Shown one piece after another: positions 38,249 to 51,500 of a DNA stretch of 64,000 bases. A program made the translations under genes and the position numbers. This DNA comes from Okamejei kenojei (taxonomy: Eukaryota). The stretch lies in contig CM069154.1 in the NCBI GenBank assembly GCA_035221665.1, positions 6,138,001 through 6,202,000 of the forward strand, in the 5' to 3' direction. Every line of letters starts with the position of its first letter. The stretch's first letter is position 1. The notes under the pieces are model-generated. The model saw nothing but the letters and a program-made list of their open reading frames with translations. It was not told where the DNA came from and ran no database searches.

Positions 38249-40370
38249 AATCTGCAAAGACCAACGTGCCAGCTCGCCTTGTGGCTAACAATGTACTTAC
38301 AATTTGCTATGCAACAGTGTAATTTGAATGGAACTGGATGGCAGGGCCGACAAATGTCAAACTAACCCTCCGCCCCGACACCCAACCTCCCTTGCCACCA
38401 ATTGCTACAGTGCAGTAGCTATTTTCACATGGAATATAACCTCCGTTGCTTCGCAGGAAACCCCTCAAAGCAGGGCGTGCTCGTTTTACCTTCCCCTTGC
38501 TTCACCGTTGCATTGACATCCTTCTTCCGTAGTCTAACCACATACTTTGTTAAGCGTGTTTTGTTCCAAGAAGTTCTTTCCAATTCCACCCCACCCCTCA
38601 CTAGTAGCCCATTATTCGCAAATGTACTCAATTGTCGTTAGCCTTCTTATTCTACATCTTTGAAAATGGCGAAAATCATCAAGTTTCTCATTCTAAAGTT
38701 GCTTTTGGAATCTTGCTGGGATTGGGCAAGAACAGCGCAAGTGAGAGGTGTCGGGGAAAGGTGAGGTGTCGAACCGAGGGCTCGTTCACAGTTACTCAGC
38801 TCTGATCAATTACAAACGCACGAGTAGACACTCTGATATTGAAAGAGGCAATGGGCTAAGGTAATGGTGGAATTACAGCTGCAGGAATTTGAAGTGCTGA
38901 ATAAAACATGTACGAGTATGGATAAAGATGGGATAATTGTTTATAAATAACTCAGTAATGACTGTAAGTATGTGAATAAATACATCAAACTGTGTCTTAT
39001 CATACCAGAACCCAACAACTCAAGCAGAAAGTTACAAAATGAGCTCAGCATTTTGCGACTCAGTGCGTCAGGCGACAGTTCTGAAGAAAATGGACCGGTG
39101 ATGTTTCGGCTCGGAAGCCGTCTTCAGCCTGATAATAGTGTGGGAGGGGAGGGGAGGGCGGGGCGGGGAGAGAGAAACCGAAAGCAAGTTTTTGTTTTGT
39201 TCTCCTCAATCAGCCTGAAGAAGGGTCTCGACCCGGAATGTCACCTATCCATTACCCCCAGAGGTGCAGCTTGGCGCGTTCAGTTACACATATTAGAAAC
39301 ATAGAAACATAGAAAATAGGTGCAGGCGGAAGCCATTCGGCCCTTCGAGCCAGCACCGCCATTCATTGCGATAATGGCTGGTCGTCCCAATCAATAACCC
39401 GTCCCTGCTTTCTCCCCACATCCCTTGATTTCACTAGCCACTAGAGATCTGTCTAACTCATATCGAATTAATATTGGGTCTATCGTTGGTATAAACCAGC
39501 ATCTGCAATTCATTTTTACTATACACGAAGAACACCACGAGTTCAAGTGCTTAGAGAAGAACTCGCCATGATCGAACCATGGCAAGACTCAGCAAGTGTG
39601 GGTGATATCTGAATCCATGAGTGTTTGGAAGCTGTGAAAGAAACAAATGCAGTCATCGTTTGGGAGTTGTGAAAGCAAACCAAAGAGTTGTGCAATTAAT
39701 ACACTCGTCAAACTAAATAATTAATTAATCTCGCTTGAAACTACACTTGGAAACTTATGTTTGAACTAATCGTGATTAATAAAGTATAGCCGATAGATAA
39801 AGTCATTGTCTTGTGTGTTTTGTCGTGTAATGCTTTTGCTCGACAGCATATTCTCACTGAAACATATGAGTCTGAGGGCCAAAATTATGGAGGTTTAAAA
39901 ATTTATGAGGGGCATAGACAGGATAGATGGAATCAATTTCATAGGACAGAAGAGTCTTGAATCAGTGGGCAGAATTAAGGACAGAGAAAGCTGTTTTCTA
40001 CAGAGGGTAGCAACCATCTGGAACAATCTATTAGCATTAAAGCTGGAGACAAGATGTTGTTAAGATGGAAAGAGCGCAATGAAGATTTAAGAGGATGTTG
40101 CCAGGACCAGTCAATAGATAATAGGTGCAGGAGTATGCCATTTGGCCCTTCAAGCCAGCATCGACATTCAACGTGATCATGGCTGATCATCCACAATCAG
40201 TACCCCGTTCCTTCCTTATCCCCATATCCCCACACTCCGCTATCTTAAGGAGCCTTATCTAGCTGTCTCTTGAAAATATCCAGAGAACTGGCCTCCACCA
40301 CCCTCTGAGGCAGAGAATTCCACAGGCTCTGTGTGAAAAAACCTTGAGTACAAAGTTGAACATTGTCAGA

Positions 40371-41417
40371 TAGAAACATAGAAACATAGAAATTAGGTGC
40401 AGGAGTAGGCCATTCGGCCCTTCGAGGTTGCACCGCCATTCAATATGATCATGGCTGATCATCCAACTCAGTATCCGTACCTGCCTTCTCTCCATACCCT
40501 CTGATCTCCTTAGCCACAAGGGCCACATCTAACTCCCTCTTAAATATAGCCAATGAACTGGCCTCAACTACCCTCTGTGGCAGAGAGTTCCAGAGACTCA
40601 CCACTCTGTGTGAAAAAAAAGTATTTCTCATCTCGGTCTTAAAGGATTTCCCCCTTATCCTTAAGCTGTGACCCCTTGTCCTGGACTTCCCCAACGCCGG
40701 GAACAATCGTCCTGCATCTAGCCTGTCCAGCCCCTTAAGCATTTTGTAAGTTTCTATAAGATCCCCTCTCAATCTCCTAAATTCTAGAGAGTATAAACCG
40801 AGTCTATCCAGTCTTTCTTCATAAGGCAGCCCTGACAACCCAGGAATTAGTCTGGTGAACATTCTCTGCACTCCCTCTATGGCAATAATGTCCTTCCTCA
40901 GATTTGGAGACCAAAACTGTACGCAATACTCCAGGTGTGGTCTCACCAAGACCCTGTACAACTGAAGTAGAACCTCTCTGCTCCTACACTCAAATCCTTT
41001 TGCTATGAAAGCTAACATACCATTCGCTTTCTTCACTGCCTGCTGCACATGCATGCCTACTTTCAATGACTGGTGTACCATGACACCCAGGTCTCGCTGC
41101 ATCTCCCCTTTTCCTAATCGGCCAGCATTTAGATAATAGTCTGCTTTCCTGTTTTTGCCAACAAAGTGGATAACCTCACATTTATCCACATTATACTGCA
41201 TCTGCCAAACATTTGCCCACTCACCCAGCCTATCCAAGTCACCTTGCAGTCTCCTAGCATCCTCCTCACAGCTAACACTGCTCCCCAGCTTAGTATCATC
41301 CGCAAACTTGGACATATTGCCTTCAATTCCCTCATCCAGATCATTAATATATATTGTAAATAGCTGGGGTCCCAGCACTGAGCCTTGCGGTATCCCACTA
41401 GTCACTGCCTGCCAATC
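40371..41417 (-). mobile_element. CR1 LINE 3' ~1 kb with an open RT C-terminal frame; another CR1 3' fragment at ~40112-40340
   Basis: ORF 40449..41405 (PQGSVLGP, FADD, RPHLEY) and an (AAACATAG)n tail. Confidence 0.92.
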
Positions 41418-42214
41418 GTGATGAGCTGTCTTTTGAACGAGTTGGTAAGTAAGGTCATGTTTGAGCGTTTGAATTTTTACACCAAATATTGGATTGCATT
41501 TTTTTCCTCTATCGAGTCACACACACGGTGAGAGAGAATCAAGTCTGTCCAACTTTTCTTTTATTCAATACTTTCTCATCTGGGTAGCATTCCAGTAAAC
41601 TACGTCTGCACCACCTCCAAAGCTACTAACCTTCTCTGGAATGGGGTGATCAGAAATTAACTAAATTCTCCAAATGTGGACTAACTAAAGTCCCACCGAG
41701 CAGTGACATGACTTCCTCGCTCACATGCTCAATGCCCCAACCAAGGAGAGCAAGCGTACCGTAGGCTTTCTTTACCTCTCTATCTATTCGTGTTGGCATT
41801 TTCAGGGAGCCGTGGATACGGAATGTTCAGAGGGACATGGGCCAAACGGGGCAGGTGGGACTAGTGTAGATAATGCATATTGTTATTTACGCGCAACGTG
41901 GGCCGATTCCCCTGTTTCCATGCTGTATGACTCTATGACTCCCTGGACTTGGACTACTAAACTAGGGACAATAAAACAAGTAGTTTGATGCACAACCATC
42001 ATATTAGTTGAGGAAGCAAAGCAATTAAATTGCACACTCTCTTCATGCATTTAAGACTGCTTTGCACATTTGACATGGTTCTGTGAGGCTTCAGGATAAC
42101 CAACCCAGACTTCCCACTCACCACATTATAAAATGATTTAATTTTAAAAAATCCATTCAGCTAGTTGTCATAACATATCATCAGTTACCCGGTGATATGT
42201 ATGTGTGAGTATGT

Positions 42215-43540
42215 CAGGCACGTGCCTACCCTGACTAAAATTATAGCATGGTATTAACTAAATATAAATGGTAAAGGCATGGGAGAATTATGCCTATCTA
42301 AGAGATCGATCTCTTAGGTAGGCATAATTCTCCGTGCCTTTCATCCGCAGCGCTTGTAACCCTTGAAGGTCTGTGCAGCCCACGTGCCGTCAGCGTTGCT
42401 TTCAAAGCGGGGCTGAAGGCAGCAGAAATTCTGCCTGTGCAGCACTGCGCGTGCGCAGCGCCAGTTACTTGGCGGGGTTTTCAAATATGGATTAGCATTA
42501 ATTTAAGTGTATCTTAGGAAGCAGAGAGAGAAGAATGGAGCTCGTGCACCAATAATGTGGTAAGTACATTTCTTGGTGATGTTTTTAAATACCGTATTTC
42601 CCGGGGTGTGGGGGTAGGGGCAGAGCTCCTTTCACAGCGTTTTGGGAGTCTGGCCCGGGATAAAGTTGCGGGGAGGGTACGAATGTTGTGAAGGAGGGGA
42701 TCGGGATAATGCCCCTTGCGACGCTCCTTGAGAAGCAGTTTTGGTGGCTGTGAGCGGCATGACAGCGGAACCGGCCGCCACCTCAGCGCCTTCTGTCGGA
42801 CTCCGCTCACCTCTGGCAGCTCTCCGTCAAAAAACCTATCTCCTGCCGCTCGCTGGCCTCACTCGTGTCAGCTGCTTCCCGCAAATCCTTAAATTCCAAC
42901 AGCGCGATTGAGGTTGCTCGGCTGTGGGAATTTACGGATTTGCAAGAAGCGGCTGACATGAGCGAGCGACAGGTGACAGGTGTTCAGACGGAGAGCACTG
43001 CCAGAAGGGAGCGGGCCGGCAGAAGACGCTGAAGTGTTGGACAGTTCTGCTGTCGGGTCCCGGCGGCCGTTCGCAGATCCCCGAACTGCTTCTATCCCCG
43101 ACTACAGTGTGGTGGCTTCGCGCCCGGAGTGCTGCGGCAGCGGTGAGTGAGTGAGTTACTGCCATTATCCCTGACCCCCTCCTTCTCAACACTCCTGCCC
43201 TCCCCGCAACTTTACCCCTGGCACAGACTCTCCACACGCTGTGAAAGGGACACTTGGGCCCTTGAACAAGTGTTGTAATTCTATTAGATGACAACTGATT
43301 CAACCTTTCCCTGTACTCCCGTTTTTCCCACCATCTCTCCACCTGCCAGCACCCTTCACCCCCCACCCATTCAGCAATTAAGAATAAAGGAGACTAGGAA
43401 GCCATGGGCAAATTGAATTGTTACTGTTTTTATTTTAATTTTTAGTTTTTACGGAGTGAACAATGTGCGCATGCGCGGTTTAATTTTTTTATAAGCCGAC
43501 TGACTGCCCACCCTGAGTGATTGCTCACGGCACGTGCCTG
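42215..43540. mobile_element. Non-autonomous hAT-type DNA transposon (1326 bp)
   Basis: 12-bp TIRs CAGGCACGTGCC / GGCACGTGCCTG and 8-bp TSD GAGTATGT at 42207-42214 and 43541-43548. No transposase ORF recognised. Confidence 0.85.
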
Positions 43541-44461
43541 GAGTATGTGTATATATACAAATACCGTTTTTTTTCTCTGTTATTATATTGTTTACGGTGT
43601 ACTGTGTTTACACATTCTGTTGTGCTGCTGCATGTAAGAATCTGGGACATATGACAATAAAACACTCCAGACTCTGAGCTAAAAAATGGTCTGAAACGTG
43701 TTACTTAAATATAAATGGCTAAAATCTCAAGAGGAAGTTCACGCAACCACGCTGACCTAGCAATCGGGATCTGGCCCGAAGGATCTAAAATTCTCCCAGA
43801 TTCCTCCACAAATGACAAGAATATTTGTGTATACCAAATGTCTACTCAGTGAATTTATATTGAACTATGATTGTACGGATGTTAGAGATTATGGTGAGAA
43901 GGCAGGAGAATGGGGTTAGGAGGGAGAGATAGATCAGCCATGATTGAATGGGGGAGTAGACTCGATGGGCCGAATGACCTAATTCTACTCCTATCCCTTA
44001 TCATTCTTATCATCTTATGGTTTACATTTCTGCCCATCGAAAAGCGTAAATTGGAGTCTTGGCAGGAATGGGGTTTAACAGCCTCAGTTGGAGATGCTTG
44101 GTGAAGGGTGAGATGAGGAATAAAATGTTCTCAGTTACTTATAACACAACTGAGGAAGAAGACAACAGGAAGCAGCCAGATTGTGAAATCACCGTGAATC
44201 AGCTGATAAAGTCAGATTCGGAGGATATGAACTTCCCCCTTTCACATTTTATTTAAAAAAAATAATTCAGTTGGTTTGCAGATACAATGTGTCAGCAGTT
44301 CCTCCGGGCCACCCAGACCACTCCGGACAAGAACCACCCGTGCACAAGTTCAATTTGACATGCCAGGGACAATTTACAAAAAACAATTAACCTGCAAATT
44401 TCCAAGTCTTTGGAATGGGAGCAACACCCGGAGAAAACTCACCCTGAACCAATGTGGGCTC

Positions 44462-44890
44462 CACCCTTGGCGGTCGCTTCGCTCAACACCTCCGCTCAGT
44501 TCGCAATATCCAACATGATCTCCCGGTGGCTCAGCATTTCAACACCCCCTCCCATTCCGAATCCGACCTTTCTGCCCTGGGCCTCCTCCATGGCCAGAGT
44601 GAGACCCACCGCAAATTGGAGCAGCAGCGCCTCATATTTCGCTTGCGTAGTTTACACTCCAGCTGTATGAACATTGACTTCTCCAATTTCGGGTAGTCCT
44701 TGCTTTCTCCCTCCTCCCCTCCCCTTCCCGGCTGTCCCACAGCCTACAGTCTCCGCCTCTTCCCTTCCTTTTCCCACCCCCGCCCCCCAACATCAGTCTG
44801 CAGAAGGGTCGTGACCCGAAACGTCACATATTCATTCGCTCCATAGATGCTGCCGCACCCACTGACTTTCTCCAGCATTTTTGTCTACCC
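44462..44890 (+). mobile_element. Penelope-like element 3' fragment (GIY-YIG end, hammerhead, tail)
   Basis: RFAQHLRSV..PVAQHFN..RKLEQQRLIFRL..MNIDF, followed by ctgcagaagggtcgtgacccgaaacgtc. Confidence 0.8.
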
Positions 44891-45204
44891 ATTAACAACT
44901 CATCATTTTACTGCTTTTCAGTTTGTTTTTTTTCACTGCAAACAAGCGAGAAATAACATCTGCAAATATGTTTTGTAAATTAGGATAGTTCCTCTTATTT
45001 AAACTGCATCTCATGAAATGTTTATTCCTCAGTTCCTCGTGAGTACATGCTGGTCTACAACACTATCAAAATAAGTCAACAGTTGAGGAATAAAACGAAT
45101 ACTGCCTTTAAAACGGTTAGCTCCCCGAAACTGCCAACATCACATTTGAGGCCAAAAAAAATCAATACTTGGTCCATTGATTTATGCCACACCCTTAATA
45201 ATTT

Positions 45205-45490
45205 AGACTTTAGAGATACAGCAGAGAAACAGACCCTTTGGCTCACGGAGTCCGCGATTCCCGTCCACGAGCACTATCCGACATACGAGGGACAATTTAC
45301 AATTCACCGATTAACCTACAAACCTGCACGTCTTTTGGAGTGTGGGAGGAAACCGGACCACCCCGAGAAAATCAAGACGGTCACAAGGAGAACGTGCAAC
45401 CTCCATTCAGACAGCACGCGTAGTCAGGATCGAATCCGGGTCTCTGGCACTGTAAGGCAGCAACACTACCGCCGAGCCTCTGTGCCGCCT
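45205..45490 (-). mobile_element. HE1/V-SINE-like SINE
   Basis: Same family as 18135-18400. Confidence 0.7.
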
Positions 45491-46209
45491 CGAACCTGCA
45501 TTAGGCGGCACGACAAAGACCTCTGCCGTTGAGGCAATGATTGGGTGAAAGTTTACAGGCGTGGAGGAATAGCCTAGACCTCAGAGGGGATGTAGATGGT
45601 GAGGAATATGAGGCAAGAAATACACCAGAAGTGTGCACATCTAACACATTTCTACTCTTCTAAATGTACAGTTTTATTGACACGCCGAAACATCACCTGT
45701 CTATTTTCTCCGGAGATGCTGCCTGACCCGCTGAGTTACTCCAGCATTTTTATTTATATCATTATTTATTAATCGTTCAATGTTAATAGACTCTGAGCAC
45801 AGATATAACCGCCGCTACATCCTTACAGATACATCATACTTGACGAAGTAATTCAGGCAGCTGCAATAACAGCATTGGGCAGGTCCATGGATAGGAAACG
45901 TTTGACGAAATATGTGTCAAACGTGGGCTCATTTGATTAGCTAATGAGCATCTTGGTCTAACGCATGGGGGAGAAGGGTTTGTTCGCGTGCTGTATGACT
46001 CTCTGATCATCTGACCCAACCATGTGTTAAATATAACCCCGAGCCTTTCACATGACAATGTGTCGAGCTGCTGCTGGCTCGTTGTGGTTCACGATCTGAC
46101 TTTCTGTTCCAATCTTCCTCATTGCTATTGGAGAGACGCGTTTGTATCTGAGAGCTCAGAGCTGAACGACAAGCAGACAAATGCTGGCCTTGTCACTATG
46201 GACAAAACA

Positions 46210-46246
46210 ATGTGGATTCCCATTCTTCTCATCTCCTCGCTGCCGG
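46210..46246 (+). pseudogene. Gene 3 leader exon
   Basis: MWIPILLISSLP, donor G|GTGAGT. Confidence 0.82.
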
Positions 46247-48428
46247 GTGAGTGAAAGCCAGGTCTAGATATTCCAATAATCAATGTCAGTTGAGGTCCCG
46301 TGCACTCTTTCCACAGCAGAAATGGTTACGTTTGTGTAGGCATGTAATGGGGACAATGGGACGCAGTGCGTTGTGGTGTCGGCGTGTCTTATATTTTAAC
46401 AGAATTTCATTTTATCCATAAAACCTTCCAATCAGAAAAAATGTTGTTTCATATCTCTGAGCCGCCATAATGGATTGGCAATTTAAAGGAAGTTTACCTC
46501 ACAACGGAAACAATATTACTTCGTGGAAGAGTAACGTGTTTGGGCGTGTCATTTAATTCATCAGGAGTAACTTTTTTTGTAAATGCTGCCTCATATGGCT
46601 GAACCACCAAAATGGTGTGGGAGATTGCAACCTTCAGGTGGTCCACCCTGTTTCGACTATTGCAATCAACCCTGCTTGCACAAATAAGAACAAATTGATC
46701 TACAACTTTAGGCTGTGTACGCCATACGCAAGAAGAAGACCACCAAACTGGATTGGCTATTTAAAGGAAGTTTAATGTACAAAGTGCGGGCAAATGTATC
46801 ATTCTCTTTAGTGAAAAAGTAGCATTTCTAATACTCGTCTTGTTTACAGGAAGCAGGAAGTGAAACTAATGTCGCTGTTATATTTTTCTTTCAAGTTCAC
46901 ATTGGCATCTGTTCTATAAAATCCAGTCGATGAAACATGTTGTGATCCGCAGATCGTGGCACAGGTCCTCGTGGAAGCTGACTGACGGACTGACTTACTC
47001 TTACAAGTAGGAGTCATTCCCTACCCGCCCTTTGCCTCTGACCGTGTACAGTTGTCGCTTCATCCACATGGTACGTTAACGATTCTGCTCCCAAATTCAA
47101 ATAGATTTAATTGTTTTGTTACTGATTTTCACCGGACGAGGATCGCTGACAAGGCCAGTATTTATTGCCCTGAACTCAGTTTATGTTTCTTTCTGGGCCA
47201 TTGCAGAGAAACGGTTGGGAGCTGAGCACATCGTGGGGGCTCTGCAGTCGCTTGTAAACCAGTCTGGGCGGGACTGGTAGATGGGGTTGCATAATAATGT
47301 CGCGCCCTCGTGGTCACCATTGCTGCTATAGTTTCTCAGAGCAAGAAATAATTAATAAAATTGACTTCAATTCCAAACGTATCATGGTGAGAACTGAAAT
47401 AATGTCTGAATTCCTTCTCTCCAGAGATGCTGCCTGTCCCGCTGGGTTGCTCCAGCATTTTGTGTTTACCTTCATGTCTGAATTTCCAGACTCCAAGTTA
47501 GTAATTTAAATACTGTTGTAGCATGGTCAAATTGCACCCTAATGATTCTTTATAGGTATAGCAGAGCAACTAAATTTGCAGCATAAACTCCAAGATAATT
47601 GAACCAAAGGACAGAGGTTCATACATCACCAGGAAGTTGCTTCTACCCGAAAAAATATGTCTACAACTGAGGTGGAAGTTAGACTGATGGTCTCAACGCA
47701 GATGTTGAAATATTCTCTATATTCGTCCTACTTAACCCTGTCCCAGCCCCACAATTCCCCGCAGTCTGAGACCGAACCATTGTCACCGCCAACTTCTTCT
47801 CCCCAATCCGTGATCCATGTTCCAGAAGTGTTGAAAAGTCCCGGGGGGGGGGGGGGGGGGGTTCATTGGGAGTAGAACCTGCCCTCGGAGCAGCGGGACA
47901 TTTGGTTCCAGGCCGCTCTCCTGTAAGGGACCCGTTTTATTGGAATTCGTTCTCCCTCTGTCCTCAGTCAGGGCCAAGTAAATGCAGTGGCGGAGGTGCA
48001 TGCCGAAACACGGGACCGGCCCAGTGTCAGTTGACAGATGAATGTTGGCACGGCACCACCAATGAAATAACAAAGTGGGGTATTTCTGTCGGGTGAGAGG
48101 CCGGGCACCGCCTGGGATTGTTGAAAGGCAGCTCCTGCAACACTGCCGCGCTCCCTCAGTACCGCACTGCGGTCCCAGCCCACTTTCTGCTCAGGGATCT
48201 GGAGTGGGAAGTAAACCCAAATTGTACTAACCCGGGGACAGAACACTGACACAACTGGTACAATAACAGCACTGCCTGCACTCAGACCAGAGACATTGGC
48301 CGTGAAGCAACATGACACACACATCACGGAACGATTTAACATTTCTGTCATGTAATCTTCAAAATGTACCTATCTCCATTAAACACTTCATTTGCTCTGT
48401 ATCTGAAAGTTTCTCCCCTGCATTTCAG

Positions 48429-48727
48429 GTGCGGTTTGGGGAGTGAGGGGGGAAGAGCGATCACAATCGATTGTCACTATGCAGCGGAGTACCGCTCACA
48501 CACAAAATACTGGTGCCGCATGCGGAGGCACGAATGTGCAGATATGGTGGAAACAAATGGGCAACACGGACGGAGTGGAAGAGTGTCCACCACAGATAAC
48601 CCCGGACGAGGAATGATTACTGTGACTATGGAGGATCTTCACTTTGAAGATACTGGATGGTACAGCGGTGGAATTACACCATCTGCAGGCCATCCAATAT
48701 GTTCCGTACATCTCCAAGTATCTGACG
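48429..48727 (+). pseudogene. Gene 3 V-set exon, defective
   Basis: Homologous V domain (AITIDCHY..KYWCRMRRHEC..). The upstream AG acceptor is lost, a small 5' deletion puts the phase-1 splice out of frame, and the F-strand Cys is Gly (WYSG). No downstream C2/TM exons were found. Confidence 0.82.
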
Positions 48728-48969
48728 GTAGGTTTTGCAGCGATCGACTTGACGTCTCCGCCAAAATGCCTGATCCATGTTTTCGCCGGGAATGGTCTGG
48801 GCACCATCGATGTCCCGAGGCTCCGCAGCAGTGCAGAGACCTGCGGGGAGCGGGCAGGGTTCAGGAAACACCACTCACGTTGCTCTCACCCAGTCCGGGC
48901 TCTGTCCCACTGAGCGGCCACCCACTTCAAGTGGGATGCTCAGAACATTTCTCTGCCTTTGAACTGTAT

Positions 48970-51500
48970 TGGGGGAGTGTTTGCTAGTGCTGTCGGGGAG
49001 GATTTAAACTAATGTGGCAGGGGGATGGGTACAAGAGCAGAGAGGCAGATGGGTGTAAAATGAGGGTAGAAGCAATAGGTAGCAAGGTGAAAAGTAAAAG
49101 TGGCAGGCAGATAAAACCAGGGCAAAAATCAAAAAGGGCCACTTTTCAACGTAATTGTATAAGGGCTAAGAGCGTTGTAAAAACAAGCCTGATGGCTTTG
49201 TGTCTCAATGCAAGGAGAATTCGTAATAAGGTGGATGAGTTGAACGTGCAGATAGCTATTAATGATTATGATATAGTTGGGATTACGGATACATGGCTCC
49301 AGGGTGACGTAGGCTGGGAGCTGAACATCCAGGGATATTCAATATTCAGGAGGGGTAGAGGGAAAGGAAAAGGAGGTGGGGTAGTGTTGCTGGTTAGAGA
49401 GGAGATTAACGCAATAGAAAGGAAGGACATTAGCTTGGAGGATGTGGAATCAGTATGGGTAGAGCTGGGAAACCTTAAGGGACAGAAAACGATGCTGGGT
49501 GTTGTGTACAGGCCACCCAACAGTAGCAGTGAAGTTGGAGATGGTATCAAACAGGAAATTAGAAATGCGTGCGACAAAGACAAAACAGTTATAATGGGTG
49601 ACTTCAATCTACATATAGATTGGGTGAATCAAATTGGCAGGGGTGCTGAGGAAGAGCATTTTTTGGAATGTATGCGGGATAGTTATCTAAATCAACACGT
49701 AGAGGAACCAACGAGAGAGCAGGCTATTTTAGACTGGGTTTTGAGTAATGAGGAAGGGGTAGTTAGCAGTCTTGTTGTACGTGCCCCCTTGGGCAAGAGT
49801 GGCCATAATATGGTTGAGTTCTTCATTAGGATGGAGAGTGACATTGTCAATTCAGAAACAATTGTTCTGAACCTAAAGAAAGATCACTTTGAAGGTATGA
49901 GACGTGAATTGGCCAAGATTGATTGGCAATTAATTCTAAAAGGGTTGATGGTGGATATACAATGGAAGACATTTAAAGACTGCATGGTTGAACTACAAAA
50001 ATTGTTTATCCCAGTTTGGCAAAATAATACATCGGGAAGGTAATGCATCCATGGATAACAAGGGAAATCAGGCATAGTATCAAAGCAAAGGATGATGCGT
50101 ACAAAGTAGCCAGAAAGAGCAGCATACCAGAGGACAGGGAAAAATTCAGAGACCAGCAGAGGAGGACAAAGTGCTTAATTAGGAAAGGAAAAATAGATTA
50201 TGAAAGAAACTGGCAATTTTTTTTACTTTGGTTCCGTCTTGAATAAATTACTTTGGACTAAGGAAGACATAAATAATCTGCCGGAAATAGCAGGGGACCG
50301 CGGGTCAAAGGAGGAATTGAGTGAAATCCAGGTTAGTCGGGAAGTGGTGTTGGGTAAATTGAATGGATTAAAGGCCGATAAATCCCCAGGGCCAGATAGG
50401 CTGCATCCCAGAGTACTTAAGGAAGTCGCTCCGGAAATAGTGGATGCATTAGTGATAATCTTTCAAAATTCTTTAGATTCTGGAGTAGTTCCTGAGGATT
50501 GGCGGGTAGCAAACGCAACCCCTCTTTTTAAGAAGGGAGGGAGAGAGAAAACGGGGAATTACAGAGCAGTTAGTCTAATATCGGTAGTGGGGAAACTGCT
50601 AGAGTCAGTTATTAAAGATGGGATAGCAGCACATTTGGAAAGTGGTGAAATCATTGGACAAAGTCAGCATGGATTTACGAAAGGTAAATCACGTCTGACG
50701 AATCTTGTGGAATTTTTCGAGGATGTAACTAGTAGCGTGGATAAGGGAGAACCAGTGGATGTGGTGTATCTGGACTTCCAGAAGGCTTTCGACAAGGTCC
50801 CACATAAAAGATTGCTATACAAACTTAAAGCATTGGGGTTCAGTATTGATGTGGATAGACAACTGGCTGGCAAACAGGAAGCAAAGAGTAGGAGTAAACG
50901 GGTCATTTCCACAATGGCAGGCAGTGACATGTGGGGTACCGCAAGGCTCAGTGCTGGGACCCCAGCTATTTACAATATATATTAATAATCTGGATGAGGG
51001 AATTGAAGGCAATATCTCCAAGTTTGTGGATGACACTAAGCTGGGGAGCAGTGCTAGCTGTGAGGAGGATGCTAGGAGACTGCAAAGTGACTTGGATAGG
51101 CTGGGTGAGTGGGCAAATGTTTGGCAGATGCAGTATAATGTGGATAAATGTGAGGTTATCACTTTGGTGTCAAAAACAGGAAAGCAGACTATTATTTGTA
51201 TGGTGGCCGATTAAGAAAACGGGAGATGCAACGAGACCTGGGTGTCATGGTACACCAGTCATTGAAAGTAGGCATGCAGGTGCAGCAGGCAGTGAAGAAA
51301 GCGAATGGTATGTTAGCTTTCATAGCAAAAGGATTTGAGAATAGGAGCAGGGAGGTTCTACTTCAGTTGTACAGGGTCTTGGTGAGACCACACCTGGAGT
51401 ACTGCGTACAGTTTAGGTCTCCAAATCTGAGGAAGGACATTATTGCCATAGAGGGAGTGTAGAGAAGTTTCACCAGACTGATTCCTGGGATGTCAGGACT
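48970..51500 (+). mobile_element. CR1 LINE (end of ORF1, ORF2 APE + RT), lacking its 3' end
   Basis: ORF 49012..50043 is the APE (VYRPP, MGDFN); RT ORFs follow to 51462. There is no tail, and it joins directly to a Penelope-like element. Confidence 0.92.

Noticed and set aside
48364-48987. 207-aa single-exon Ig ORF
   Set aside because: It is a defective V exon read through into flanking intron, with no signal peptide and the F-strand Cys lost.
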